A stretch of DNA of 63,455 nucleotides, the filler included, from Reticulomyxa filosa (taxonomy: Eukaryota > Protista > Foraminifera), in the NCBI GenBank assembly GCA_000512085.1. It is 11 parts of 11 records of this genome, joined end to end, with 100 filler letters (N's around TTAATTAATTAA, not from the genome) between each part and the next. Parts side by side here need not be neighbours in the genome. Positions count along the whole stretch, not along the records: positions 7,332 to 15,328 come from ASPP01018137.1; positions 15,429 to 23,815 come from ASPP01046982.1; positions 23,916 to 26,143 come from ASPP01022231.1; 8 more parts are not named here. One strand, written 5' to 3'. Positions 11,787 through 24,648 of this stretch are shown in pieces; within the stretch, counting starts at the first letter, position 1, and every line of letters begins with the position of its first letter. A model generated the notes under the pieces. The model saw only the letters and a program-made list of their open reading frames with translations. It was not told the origin of the DNA and did no database searches. The translations under genes were made by a program, and so were the position numbers.

Positions 11787-14700
11787 TTACTTGATAATTT
11801 CTTGCACTTTTTTTTTCGCTTGGAATGCTGTTGCATCCCATTCTCCACGTACAGTGCTAGCCACTTTCCATAACTTTTCGAAATATTGACATGCTGATTG
11901 GCTTTCTCCTGCCTCTTCAGATATATATGCTAAGCGCCAATAAGACTCTCCAACATTTGTGCTTGCATTTCCAAATACTTTCTTTCGTATTTCCAATGCT
12001 TTTTGGTGAAATTCAATTGCCTTGTCATATTGTTCCTGCTTATAATAGATCTCTGCTAAGCTGTGATAAGAATCTGCAACATCACCATGATTTATTCCAA
12101 GAGTATCCAATCTAAGTTGTAATGCCTTTTCATACCATTCAATTGCTATACCGTATTGAGTTTTATTCTGGTAAGACTTTCCTAAGTCATTGTAAGCTTT
12201 AATGAGACCATTGCAATCTATTTCAGAAATATCCAATCTGATTTTCAATGATTTGTGATGACATTCAATTGATTTATCAAATTTTTCTTTTTTGTCATAA
12301 GCAAATGCCAAATTGTTATACGAAGTGACAATGTCAGAATGCTTAGTTCCAACAATTTCCAAGCTAATCTTTGTTGATTTTTCAAGATATTCTATCGCTT
12401 TATCAAACTGTCTTGTTTCATTATTCAAAAAACCTAACCAATTATAAGTGTGTACAACGTCAGCGTGATTTGCTCCAAAAATATCCAATCGAATTTGTAA
12501 TGCTTTTTCATAATACTCTATCGCTTTGTCAAACTCTTTTTTTTCATTGTAAACAACGCCTAAAATATGATAAGTATCTGCAACGTCACTGTGATTAGCT
12601 CCAAAAGTGTCCATTCTAACTTTTAATGCTTTTTCATGCCACTCAATGGCATCATCATATTGTTTCTTACCATAATAAGCATCTCCAAAACTTTGATATG
12701 AATGAGCAGCATCAATATGATTAATTCCAAAAAAATTTAATCTAATTTTTAATGCTTTTTTTTGATATTCAATATTTTTGTCAAACTCCCCTTTAGCATT
12801 ATAAACATTTCCTAAAGCGCCGTACACATTTGCAGTCCAGCCATGATTTACTCCAAAAACATCCAAAATAATGTTTAATGCCTTTTCGAAGTATTCAATT
12901 GTTTTGTCATACTCTTCTTTGCTGTTAAAGGCAGCGCCTAAAATATGATATGCGTCAGCAACAAAAGGATGACCAATTCCAAAAGCATCAAGAGAAAGAT
13001 CAAAATATTTTTGCGCATAGTTAAGTGCATCATCACAACATCCTTTCTCTAAATATTGCAAATGTTTATCTCTGAGCTCTTGAAGTTGAACTAGAACATT
13101 ATGATGCATGTTTGTATCCCATTGAATTGGAAAAATAGAGTGTGTTAACTTTTGATCAATCTTTGCATTTTTTGTAATATAAAGCTGCGTTGTAATATTT
13201 ACTCTTTTTTTGCATTTAAGTCTACAGTCGACCACATACACATTTCCATCGATTCTCACATCTTTCAATATTACCGAGTTCCTTTTTATTGTATATATCC
13301 AATACTCTTTCATTTTCTTTTTTTCGGTTTTGCTGTCATTTAACAATGTAAGAAAGCAATCGGTCATTGATTTGCTTGTCTTAATTACATTTGCGCTTTC
13401 TTTTATATCGTTCCATTCTGAAGTGTTATTGGCAACAATCACTATTCCTTTTTCTCTTTTTTGGATCATTGCTTTTACTATTTTTACTGCCTCCGTATTT
13501 GAATTGAGCCACTCTAAAGTGCAATGCTTTTTCAAATCTAAACTTTCGATTACGTTTTTATTTACTTTCGCTGTTGTGTACGGCATTTGTATCTTTTGAT
13601 CTTCCTCGACAAAAGGTAGGCCATTGCTAACAGTAGATAAAATCGCTGCTTCAATAGAGCTGCGCTTCTTCAATAGCCCCTGATCAAAAAGAAACGTATA
13701 CAATAGATTGACATGATGATTGCAACAACGTCGTTCCATGAATTCATAAGTGTTATCTTTATATTTTTGTTCGTTGCTATTTTGTAGCTTCCATTCTTCA
13801 AACAGTGCCAAGTTGGAAATTGCTTCGTTGACATCTCCTTGTGTCAGTTTCAACATTAAATAAATCACATTGAAGTCAATACAATGATCCCACCACGCAC
13901 TTATTTGGATAGTCTGTCGTATGAATTGATCATACATTGTCCATGTCAATAATATCATTTGTGTATATTCATCTTCATTTTCTATCCTTGCATTCCATAC
14001 ATTTTGTTCGTTGTTTGTTTTCTTATTACCACTTGTTAGCATGAGCAGTCTTGAGAATACAATTTCACACATATATTTGTATGAAGATATCCACGACACA
14101 TCACAGCTATTAATATTGAATGCACGTCTCATGGAAGGATGAAAATGTAAAATACATCCTTGATTACCTCGATTCATTTGTGCAATCTGGAGATTGTCTG
14201 AAGCAGTGATAGGACTAACAAAAATTCCAACTCTGATTTTTTTTTCGATATGCTCCAATCTTCTTACTCCTTTCAATCCGCAATATAACTCCATATTACT
14301 TTTTTCCCTCCTTTCGTATTTGTGTAAAATACTGATAGCTTGACACAAATACATATCCAAATACTTCCATTTGTGATGTCTAAATTGCATTTGATCATAG
14401 CTAAATTCAACATTACACGTTTTCTCAGTGTATAATAATAGCGCACAAATATGATGCAATTGAAGTGGATATCCCATATATTTGTGAATATCCGAATGAT
14501 ATAGCTGTTTAACGTCACTTATCATTGTCAATACTTTATCATTTATTATCAATTCGTCAACATTATTTTCATTAAAATGAAGTGTCTGTTTGATTGTTTC
14601 ATGGGCATTTATCTGTTTTTTGTGAATCAAATCATACAAATATCCATTCTTTATCACTTCTTGTAAAATATTCCTCATCGCACTTTTATTCGATAATGGC

Positions 14701-15328
14701 TCAAAATTCTGAGTCAGTTTGAATTTGTGCAAATCGCATGCATAAAAGAATGGATTAAATTTAGGCTTTTCAATCAATGGAGTTAACACTCCATCGAGAT
14801 GCATAGCATGTCTAATCTTACTCTCTCTTACATCGATGATATGTTTGTCGGATACCATAAATTCTCCTTCAATTTCCCAATAGACTTGCATATTCGGATA
14901 ATCGAGAAGATGTTTGTAGGTATCATGCAATGGCATATCATCCACATTGATATTCGATTGAATTGGCGGTTGGAACTTGTCAAAACTGTAATCAAACACA
15001 ATTACTTCCTCTGTTCCATTCATACCATCCCCAGCAATTTGCAATTTGTCTTTAATTTGTTGGATTCCTTGTTTCAAAGTCATTGAATAAGGGTTCAAAG
15101 GTTCTTTGTGTATCTTCAAATATTTGTCTTTCCATACGATGCGGAACGAATTAAATTCCTATTAACAAAAACAACTATTTTTTTTTTATATTATTTTTAT
15201 TTTTTCTAGGAGAGAAAAAAAAAAAAAAAAAAGAAAAGTGTGTGTTTTGATTTTAATTAACGGAGCAACAATTTGCAAAGCAATCTCTTGCAATAGTGTC
15301 GCTCATACGAAAGTGCCAAGTATGATTG
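11787..15328 (-). CDS. ART-family protein copy 2: (PH-like)-UBL-like-degenerate ART-UBA-like fused to linker domain + about 9 TPR repeats; 5'-partial
   Basis: 1110-aa ORF with LYCG / ITAS / YMCEIVF at the ART motif positions and regular C-terminal 42-aa TPRs. Upstream exon NHTWHFR at 15300-15328 matches copy 1. Confidence 0.85.
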
Positions 15329-15428
15329 NNNNNNNNNNNNNNNNNNNNNNNNNNNNNNNNNNNNNNNNNNNNTTAATTAATTAANNNNNNNNNNNNNNNN
15401 NNNNNNNNNNNNNNNNNNNNNNNNNNNN
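15329..15428. other. Artificial contig spacer
   Basis: N44-TTAATTAATTAA-N44. Confidence 0.98.
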
Positions 15429-16508
15429 TCCAAGATCCGTTGTACCATTGTTCTTTTCTAATCACTTTGTTATTTAAGTTCCAATAACACCAACGCAATA
15501 CTTTTTTTCAGATCAAATTGCAAATCAATTATTTTGATATTTTCAATCCAAAAAAATTTTTATCATTTTATTTAAATTTTATTTATTTTTTTATTTTTTT
15601 TAATCAGTTTTGTTTATTTAAATAAAAAATTATTTTTTTAAAATTCAATAATCATCATTTATTCTAGCTATTGCGTTATTCAAATAAAAATTATGTCAAA
15701 TAATAAACTAAAACAACTTGTAACAAGGTATAACTTAGTTCCATTTTTTTTTTTTTTAAATTTAGCATTTGCTGTATATTTAGCGTAGTTTAAAGCTTTT
15801 AGCATGCATTTCTTTCAGAAACTGAATGCAGCACAAGCATTATGCAATGCAATACTTGAAATAGCTTAAACATGTTTTTACTTTTTCTTTTCGACAAATT
15901 TTTTTTAAAATAAAAATAAAACAATGTTAATTATTTGATATATAATACAATTTTGATATTATTGAAACGTGATATAGATTGTATGAGATATATTGTGATC
16001 ATTTTATTTTATTGTTCATTTCAATTTGCGAATCAATATAAATGTCTAGTGAATATCAGACTAACAAGAGCGGGTACGACGAACGTATGACCAAAAACAA
16101 AAAGTTTTATTGAGAAAAAAAAATGAACGTATATTGACAAAAACTAATTTCTTTTTTGAATGTCATACCTTTTATTATGTTTGTTGGTAAGTAAAATTTT
16201 TTTACAAACTCTTACAAATTAATTTAAGTCTTTCGTCATTAAGGCCCATTTTTCATTAGTTCCTTTCCGTTTTTACAAAAAATATGCACGGCCTAGAATT
16301 TTTTCGCATAAATGTATGCGCAATTCCAAATTTCTCAAAAAAATAAAAATTATATTGAAGTAACTTGTAACTTTACTTTTTTAAAGTTGGCAGCGTTGAA
16401 ACAACAAAAGACGTGTCTTAGTACTTAATTGTAATTGATAAATCCTCAAACCTTAAACACTGAAACACAATTAACAGTTGCCTTTTTTTTCCGCTAAGTT
16501 TTTAGTTG

Positions 16509-17348
16509 TCAGTGATGATCATCGTGGTGATCATCGTGATGATGGTGATGCTCATGGTGATGATCATCGTGATGATGGTGATGATGCTGTTCTTGGAGCG
16601 AGTTACGATATTGGGCCAAAAAGCTTCCTTGTCCGTAATCGACCTCATGGATAATACGTATAAAATCTCTCACGATGTAACACCAATAAATCATCACAAG
16701 CGTTGAGATGACCCATCCTGCAATTCCGCTGGCATAACCAGCACTTATAAAAACGATTATCAGTACAAAGTCCAGTACGGTCATGCACACTAAGTAATAG
16801 AAATACATTCGTAAGTGTCTCTCATTAAGATGCGTTGCTCCTGTAAAACCATAATAGCACATCACAATTGCAGCCACTGCAAATATCCACATCCACCACA
16901 TTTGCGCTGCTGCAAATGCAATTCCCCAAATGAACCAGGACACAATTTGTATTGCTGCCACGATTTCTATTTACGTATAATTTAAAAAATCAACTAATTC
17001 AATAAAAAAAACAGGCGACTCCACTAAACTGACACCGGTAGGATAAGAAAAACAACCACAGCAGTTTTTATGATGTAACTGGGCCATGATCGCACTGTGT
17101 CGATCCACCACGGGCTTTTGTTCCACTACCTGGACTTGTGGTTGTCCTCCCATTACGTACGAAGGCTGGACATATACTTGAGAAGTTGTTTGGACGGTTG
17201 ACGATTGGACACTGGTTCCAAATTGTTGCGGAGGAAGCTGTGGGTATTGGGGTTGTTCTCCAACAGCCACAAAACCAGTGCTATAAGCTGCATTAGGCTG
17301 CCCAGACAAATCTGAATATGGAGTGTTGGTTTCGCCTTGTGTTGTCAT
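16509..17348 (-). CDS. Small four-TM membrane protein with Pro/Gln-rich N-terminus and His/Asp-rich C-terminal tail (2 exons)
   Basis: Exon 1 ends KNCCGCFSYPTGV; a short GT..AG intron (~16967-17029) joins it in frame to (K)IVAAIQ; four hydrophobic segments; tail HHHHHHHDDHHHEHHHHHDDHHDDHH. Confidence 0.8.
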
Positions 17349-17939
17349 TTTAAATTCTGCTTTTAATTAACTTTGCAAAAAAACGGTGTGGAAAATCCTT
17401 GAACGTTGGGTTGCCTAGTCCGTCAGTACAACACTAACGGAGCTCACCCCTTGTTGAGCCTTGATCTCATTTTGTCATTTGACTTCCTATTCTTTCATTT
17501 ACATTGAGTATTGACTTCTTTTTGCATGTTTTCAATCTTTTTGAACTTCGACTAAATTAGATTCATGCAACCTCGGAATCGAAGATATGGAATAATTATT
17601 GTTTTCACTTTTGATGGCATAAATAGAGAACTTTGTTCCTGCTAAAAAAGAATTGAAAGAAGAAAAATCAAAGAGCCAACTTTTTTTTTGCAAGGCACGA
17701 GTTGTACATTTTTTTTCAGTCAAAATTTTAAAGAAAAAGTTCAGCTAATCAAATTCATCGGCGTGAGTCGAATGAATGTCATTTAAATCTTTCACCAATA
17801 AGAGACACATAAAAAAAAAAAACAAGCACAGTACAATCTGAGATGAACACGAATTAAAAGCTGCCCTACAAACCCGCGAAAAGAAAGCTATACAAACACT
17901 TTTTCCTTTCAAGGAAAGATTGTGTTTCAAAATCGAGTT

Positions 17940-20900
17940 TTATGTCAGCCCAAACAACTTTTTCCACCCTTTCTGTTTTTTATGTGGTTCTTTCACTTCT
18001 TGATCTTCCAACATTGATTTATTGGCGCCAAATCCTAAAGGTTTATCCATCAAATGTTTTATTTGTTTAAGTTTATTACAGATTATTTTATTTTTGTTTG
18101 TTGCACTAAACTCATTTGAGATTTTGTTTTCTCCAATGAACCAGATACAGAGGGTTCTTTATTGTGCGCCAATTCATCACCATTGAAGAAAGCTTTTGGT
18201 TGTTCGGTAGAATCGGCAGATGCATTATCGCTGAGATGTACATTTATTTTTAGATTATCATTTTTGTTGGACTTATTAAGTTTTGTTTGAATATTCGAGA
18301 AGACTCGTGTATTCGGGCTCAGCAAAATTGAGCTTGCCTTAGGAGACGAGTCTGTCGGAGTATCTGCTCCTGTTTCCACTTGAAAATGTTCAATACCAGC
18401 TCGTGACTTTTCAATGATATCTTGCATTCGCATCAATGATACTTGCCGTTGTTTTTCCACGAATTTTCGAGAGAACTGACAAATGACATAAACAAACACA
18501 AAACTACGTCTCAAAAGCTTCATGATATAATGTGAATATTTAAAACGCAATTTTTCTCTCATTTTCGAAACAAACAATATAAAGCAATATGTTGTTGTAG
18601 TATCAGTCTATGCAAATACCTTGTAATCCTCTTGGTTTAATGTCTGCTGTTTGACATGTTCGACATCAAGGATTGGATCAATATCATCATCACTGTCTAG
18701 CTCTTCTTTCTTTTCGGGCCTTTGCTGCAGCCGGGATTATGCACATAGATGAACAAAAAAAAAAAAATTGCATATTTGGCAAATTGGTGGAGTACATCAA
18801 AAAAAAAAAAAAAAAAAATGTATGCACACCCTTTGTTTGCGTTTGGTTTCTCTCAAAATTTGGTTCGTCTTTGGTAGCTCATCCAAACGTTTCAAAACGT
18901 CGGGTCTTACGTAATCGTCCTCTTTGTCATTGTACGCGTGTACACTGCCTATATGCCTCGTTCCTGGCATCGCAACAGCATCATCGGCATCGTCATCAAA
19001 AGACACGTCCATTCGGTGGAACGAAGCAGCAACGTGCGCACCATACTCACTGTACGCCACTGGCTCATTGGGATCAATCGACGTGTACGCCTCCATTCGT
19101 AACATCGACTTTTGGGCAGACGTGTCAACTTCGGCAAATCCCTGTGGTTTGATGTATTCCATCATCCCATCACTTTGACGAGCCAACGCTGTGACATTAT
19201 TGCCACTATCGCCCCATCCGAGGCGTGGTTTACTCTCGTCCTCCGCGGGTGGTGTTACCGCTCCATCGTTTTCGTCCATGTAGTCGCTTTTGGATTGAGT
19301 AATGGAAGAAGAATAACGTTGTGGCTGTTTCATTTTTATTTATTTTCATTTATATATGCATATATGTATATATGTATATATGTATATATGTACATATATC
19401 CCTCTTCAAGGACTTTGAAATAAGATATAACATATAGCAACCTTTTGTTTTTTGGAAGAACCATAAGATTGTGTGGCAACACTCAATGGCAGTGGTTCGA
19501 CAGGTGACGAAGTTCGCGGTTGCGGCGTGTCCGATGGACTGGGTGTTACTCGATTTAACTCTGCCTTTTCTTTCTCGAGTTGCTTGGAAGACTTTTTGCG
19601 AATGTGTTGAAACGCAATTTCATGCGATTTAGGCGCTTGCGCTTCCTCGTCGTCGAATTGGTTTAGATTTTCTTCTGCCATTGATGCAATCACATCCTTT
19701 TCTCAACAAAAACAACCACAAAGGATTAAATACACATATGTATACGTATACAAAGGAAATAGGACTTTGAAAAAAAAAAAAACTGATGGAGTTTTAGTCT
19801 GCTGCAAAGTTAGACCATCGGCATCATTTTGAGATAATTCACTTTGAATCTTTGGCAACGATGTGTTTTTCTCTTGTTGCGCTTGTAACTTTTTTGCTTT
19901 TCGGACTTGTTGGGGGTTTGGTTTTACAGCAATTGTGTGTCTTTTTTGGTCTGTGCCTGTATGAGGATTTTGAGAACTGCTTCCTCCATCAACAAGCACA
20001 GATGCAGCGGTAGGTTGGTTTGGAGGCAAAGTACTCCGTTTGCTATCACCAGCCAAAGGTGCTTGCAAATTGCGCAAAGCGCCATTGTCGCTGGTATTCT
20101 TGTTGGAAACCGAGCCACGAGAAGATGAGTGCGGACCATTGCGGAGTGCCTTCTTTGCCATCTCTTCAAAGTCTTTGGTCATCAGGCTTTTGTTAGGACT
20201 AGTAAAAGCCGAGACTAAAAAGTAGGATCGGTGCGGCTCGTCCAAAATCGAAAAGAGTTTCAGTGTCAATTCAACCCTCCAATCTTGTCCTTGTCCCGTT
20301 CCTTGGACCGGTAAAAGGGGCCATCTATATCATTTTTTTTTTTTTCACCTTTTTGTTTTGATTGCTTTATGATTGGCCCTCCTTTTTTTTTATTTTTAAA
20401 AAAGAAAAAGTTTAATATATAATTTTCAAAACTTGAACAATTTTTGTTTTTCAAATGTCAATTTGCTGTTTAAGTCAGTGTCCAGACATGTCCATTTCAA
20501 TGATTGGTAATTCCTGTGCACAACAACAAAACAATACACTTCTGAATAATTCTTTTATTACATACATATATTATATGCATATGTAAGCACTAAAACAATA
20601 TGGCGCCATTCTCTTCAAACATTCTATCCAAATCGTCCGTGCGCTCCTTCAAATAGATGCAGTAATCGTTAACACTTTCAATGCCATTGTTTTTTTTGTC
20701 TTTGTTGTCACTCAAAGCGTAGTCCAACACTCGTAACGATCGCTTCCAAAGCGAAGGCCAATGGCCAGAGTTTTCCATCCATTGGGTCAGTTCCTCCATA
20801 AATTTGTACTCCCTTTCACTGACCTCGGCAGTGTCGAATGAAAAAACCATAACGATCAGATGAGCATTATCGTTGTCAAACAAATCCGGCAAAAATGTGA

Positions 20901-23815
20901 ATTCTTGCATTTCCAGGACTCTCAACACAAAATCTTTGGAGCCGCAAGACAAGTTTCTTTCATATCTTTGCGCAGACATTGTTGTCTTACTCTGCTTTAT
21001 CTGTTCCGGGGACATCAACATCTTCACAAATCGTCGACGTAATTTTTTCAGTGGCGACAGTACAACAATGTTCAAAGCGGTGTCGGATTCATCTGTTAGC
21101 CATGACGTCTGTGTGTATATGTATGTATGTATGTGTGTTTTTTTGTTTGCTTGTTTGAAACAAATATTGAGATGGAGATCAAAGGATTACATACATCATA
21201 GTCATATTGTTGTTTGGCTGAATCGATCGGTTCATTGTCAATTTCAAGTTTATTTGAATCCACCCTTGATTGAATTGCAAATATTTCCTTGGGTGACGAA
21301 ACTGTTTCTGGCTCTTGTTTGGATTGCGGCTCATGGATGGTGGCTCCATTGATTTTATTGACTGGCTTGATGTTCTCTTCTTCTTGTTTGTCTTTTTTGT
21401 TTTCAATTTCGGGCCGAATTTCGACTTTGATTTCGCTGTCTCTATTTGCATCTTTTTTATCTTTGCCTTCTTTGTCTTTATCTTTTTCATTTTCGTTTTC
21501 GTGTTCACTCTTTGCTTGTGAGTCACTAGTAGGAGTCACATCGACTACTTGATCTTGTTCTTGTTCCACTTCTTCTTCCTTCTCCTTCTCCTCCTCTTCT
21601 TCTTCTTCTTCTTCTTCTTCGTCCTCGGTTTTGTCATCTTGCCCAATTTCCAAAGCATTTTCAAGCGATGCCAATTTGGTTTCCAACTCTTTTCCGGCCA
21701 AAGACATTTGAACAGTGTGTTTCAACTGTACGATAGCTTGTCTCGCCAGCTCTCTTGTTCGCTTCAACTCCTCGTCTTCAATTTCCAATTGTTCTTCCTC
21801 GTCCTGTCCTTCTTTTTCCTCTTCTTTCGCGTCTTCCGCACTCTTTCTGCTCCCTGTTGTGTGATTGCTTTCAACCGCCTCGAGAATTTTCGTATTGGGC
21901 ATCTTTCTTTCCTCCATTTTATTTTCTTCCTGGTCATCAGATAACTCCATTGGTTCTTCTTCTGTTTGCCATAAATGTATATACATATATGTATACATGT
22001 ATATACATACGTATGTACAGTATTGTTATCATACAAGCCAATACCAATGTATTTATTCACTTATTTAAAATAGCAAAAAAAAAAAAAAAAAAAAAAAACC
22101 TGAAACCGATCTCTCTGACGCTTCTTCTCGAACAGCGTTGAGAGTAATAGGCGGGATCAATTTAGAAGGTGTGCTATTCACAACGGGAGTTGGGCTAGGC
22201 AAAGAGTTGCTTTGAGAAGGGCCATGGTTGTAATCGGCAGGACTAAATTTGGTGCTACTTGTGGCGGTGTAGGCCATGATCAGCTGTTGCATAAACACTG
22301 GGTCGTTCACTAACGAGGGGTCCACTTTGATCTTCTCTTGTAAGATTTGAAGATTGCTGGCGTTTCCATTGGAGTTGATGTGGGTCGCGGACAAATCGAT
22401 TTGCTGTTGGCTCGGAGAACCGATCAAATCTGTCATGGTGCCGGATCCGCTCACATAGGTTCGTTCTTCGTCTAACGAGGACTGGCTTACCATTGCCTTT
22501 CGCTGAACAATTTACAATTTACATTCAAACCAATCAAAATCAAATTTAAAATAAAGATATTCACTCACAAAAAAAGAAATACTTTTTTTTTTTTTGTAAA
22601 AAAACTTGTAAAGCTTTGATCATTTGCAATAATTTTTTACGCGCGCCCAAAGTCTCAATACCCAATTGAACTAAATCTTGTCCGTTCAAATCATCCAACA
22701 TCTCGCCTGTGATTTGATTAAGGAACAACACACTGGCCCAGTCTTGCCATTTGCCGTTTTCCTCTTCGCTCATCCAATAATATACGTCCTCAGAGTCCCA
22801 TGTACGGTATTGACGAGGGTCCAAAGGTCTCTTTTCGCGAGCGGGGACCGCTGGTCGATTGCTTATCGTTGGCACGGGCGCTGTGGACGGTGGCGCTTCG
22901 CTTGGTTTTTTATTCTCTGCCTTTGAAAGAAATGTAACAAACATTTCAACCGCACACACACATATATGCAACATTTTCGTGGCAAAAGAAAGGTATATTG
23001 AAATAATATATCCATTTTATCCAGTTGGATATAACACGATCCAAACAATATGCACATAGCATATACACATACATATACACATATATATGTATATATATAT
23101 ACATATATATTATATATAGTCAACTGATGGCTGCTGTGGCTGTGCAACAATAGTCGAATTGGATTGGTTTGTCAATGCTGGGACATTGATTGGGTTTATT
23201 TCGGTGGTGCTATCATTTGGCTTGTTTTTATTGAAAAAGCGATTCCACAAGGAATTCTTTTCCTTCTCCAACTCTTCTTGATGCTCTTTTTGTTGCCGGT
23301 CCAGTGATTTTTGGTGTTCAACTTTGGTCGTTTCCAATTGATGCTGCAACAGTTCTGAGTTCAAATGGCTCTGACGGCGGTCATTGACGCGCTGTTCATT
23401 GAGAAGAGCGTATTGCTGTTTGATTTGATCAAATTCCTGTTGCTTGCTCGAAAGCAATGCCATCTGCTGTTTGGTTGTTTGCTCCAATGCCGCAATTCGT
23501 AGCATCTGTGCTTCTTGTCTTTTGGCCATCACTGACAGTTCTTCGTTGGCCGAATTTTGTAGCAATTTTGCCAAAAACAATTCATGTTCTTTCTCAATAA
23601 ACTATACATACGTATATACACACATATGTATATTAGTATGTATATACAAATATAGATATAAATATGTATACGTATACGTACATGGAGAAGGGGGGCGGGA
23701 AGGGGAAGAGAGGGAGGGGGGGAAAAAAAAGAAAGTAAAATCCAAAAGGTGTGTATAAATGGTATATTTGGACAAAACAGTTCGAAGATGTTCTGCATTG
23801 TCTTCACAGCGCTGA
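17940..23815 (-). CDS. Large multi-exon protein: coiled coil, SAM domain, acidic tract, degenerate Ras-like fold, low-complexity C-terminus; 5'-partial
   Basis: Chain of minus-strand GC-richer ORFs separated by (TA)n/poly-T introns. SAM motif WDSEDVYYWM..ITGEMLDDLNGQDLVQLGIETLGARKKLLQMI at ~22610-22805. Last exon ends GWKKLFGLT* at 17940. Confidence 0.7.
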
Positions 23816-23915
23816 NNNNNNNNNNNNNNNNNNNNNNNNNNNNNNNNNNNNNNNNNNNNTTAATTAATTAANNNNNNNNNNNNNNNNNNNNNNNNNNNNN
23901 NNNNNNNNNNNNNNN
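23816..23915. other. Artificial contig spacer
   Basis: N44-TTAATTAATTAA-N44. Confidence 0.98.
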
Positions 23916-23954
<39 letters not shown>

Positions 23955-23961
23955 AATTGCC

Positions 23962-24648
23962 TTATAAATAAAACTTGGATTTGGGCTTGGCTTTGGACTT
24001 GGACTTGGGCTTGTCTTTGGCTTGTTTCTTTTTGACAGGTTTGTCTTTTTTTGCATCTGTCTTCGCTTCGACAGTTGTCGTGTCATCTTTAACCTGATTG
24101 GTCTCTCCTTTATCATTCTCTTTCTCACTTTCTTGTTCTTCGTCAGTATCTTCGTTGTCGTTATTGTCTGTCTCATACCCTTCGTCTTCGTCCTCTTCCA
24201 ACTCGTCTTCATCCTTTTCTTCGTCTACTGCATCATTGGACTCACACTTTTCTTTTTCTTTTTCTTTGTTGTCAATCACTGTTTCAACCACTTTGTCCCT
24301 TTTTTTTTCAGGGCTCCCTTTCGTTCGTTCACCATTCACAGAAACGCTGCTGGTCTTTTCCAACGCTTCCGTCACTGCCATAACTGCGCTGCCTATTTCC
24401 TCTATCTCTTCGTCGCTACAAATCACTGGCTTGTTCAGTCGACGCTTTTCTATTCCATTGTCCAAACTTTGTTTGCTTACATGTTTTCTCATGTTCCGGT
24501 TTTCTTTCTTGTTTTGGGAACACAAACTTTTCGGTGGTTCTATCAAGTCTTCATTTCGCGGCTCTTTTACAGTACTAAAGGATTCTCCACTATTGCACTG
24601 TGTACGCTTTATCCCTTTAGCATTACTTAGATATTGCCGAATATCCAT
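23962..24648 (-). CDS. N-terminal exon of a charged, probably nuclear protein; possibly RFC1-like (3'-partial)
   Basis: Starts MDIRQYL (resembles the MDIRxFF PCNA-binding N-terminus of RFC1), then acidic and Lys-rich tracts. No catalytic domain before the contig end. Confidence 0.5.
   Translation of the reverse strand: MDIRQYLSNAKGIKRTQCNSGESFSTVKEPRNEDLIEPPKSLCSQNKKENRNMRKHVSKQSLDNGIEKRRLNKPVICSDEEIEEIGSAVMAVTEALEKTSSVSVNGERTKGSPEKKRDKVVETVIDNKEKEKEKCESNDAVDEEKDEDELEEDEDEGYETDNNDNEDTDEEQESEKENDKGETNQVKDDTTTVEAKTDAKKDKPVKKKQAKDKPKSKSKAKPKSKFYL

Noticed and set aside
16506-16706. Met/Val/Ile-rich + strand ORF
   Set aside because: Antisense shadow of the His/Asp codon repeat.
19340-19405. (TA)n/(TATG)n tracts here and at ~22000, 23060-23120, 23600-23680, 50520-50570
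   Set aside because: Ordinary intronic microsatellites found throughout the genes.
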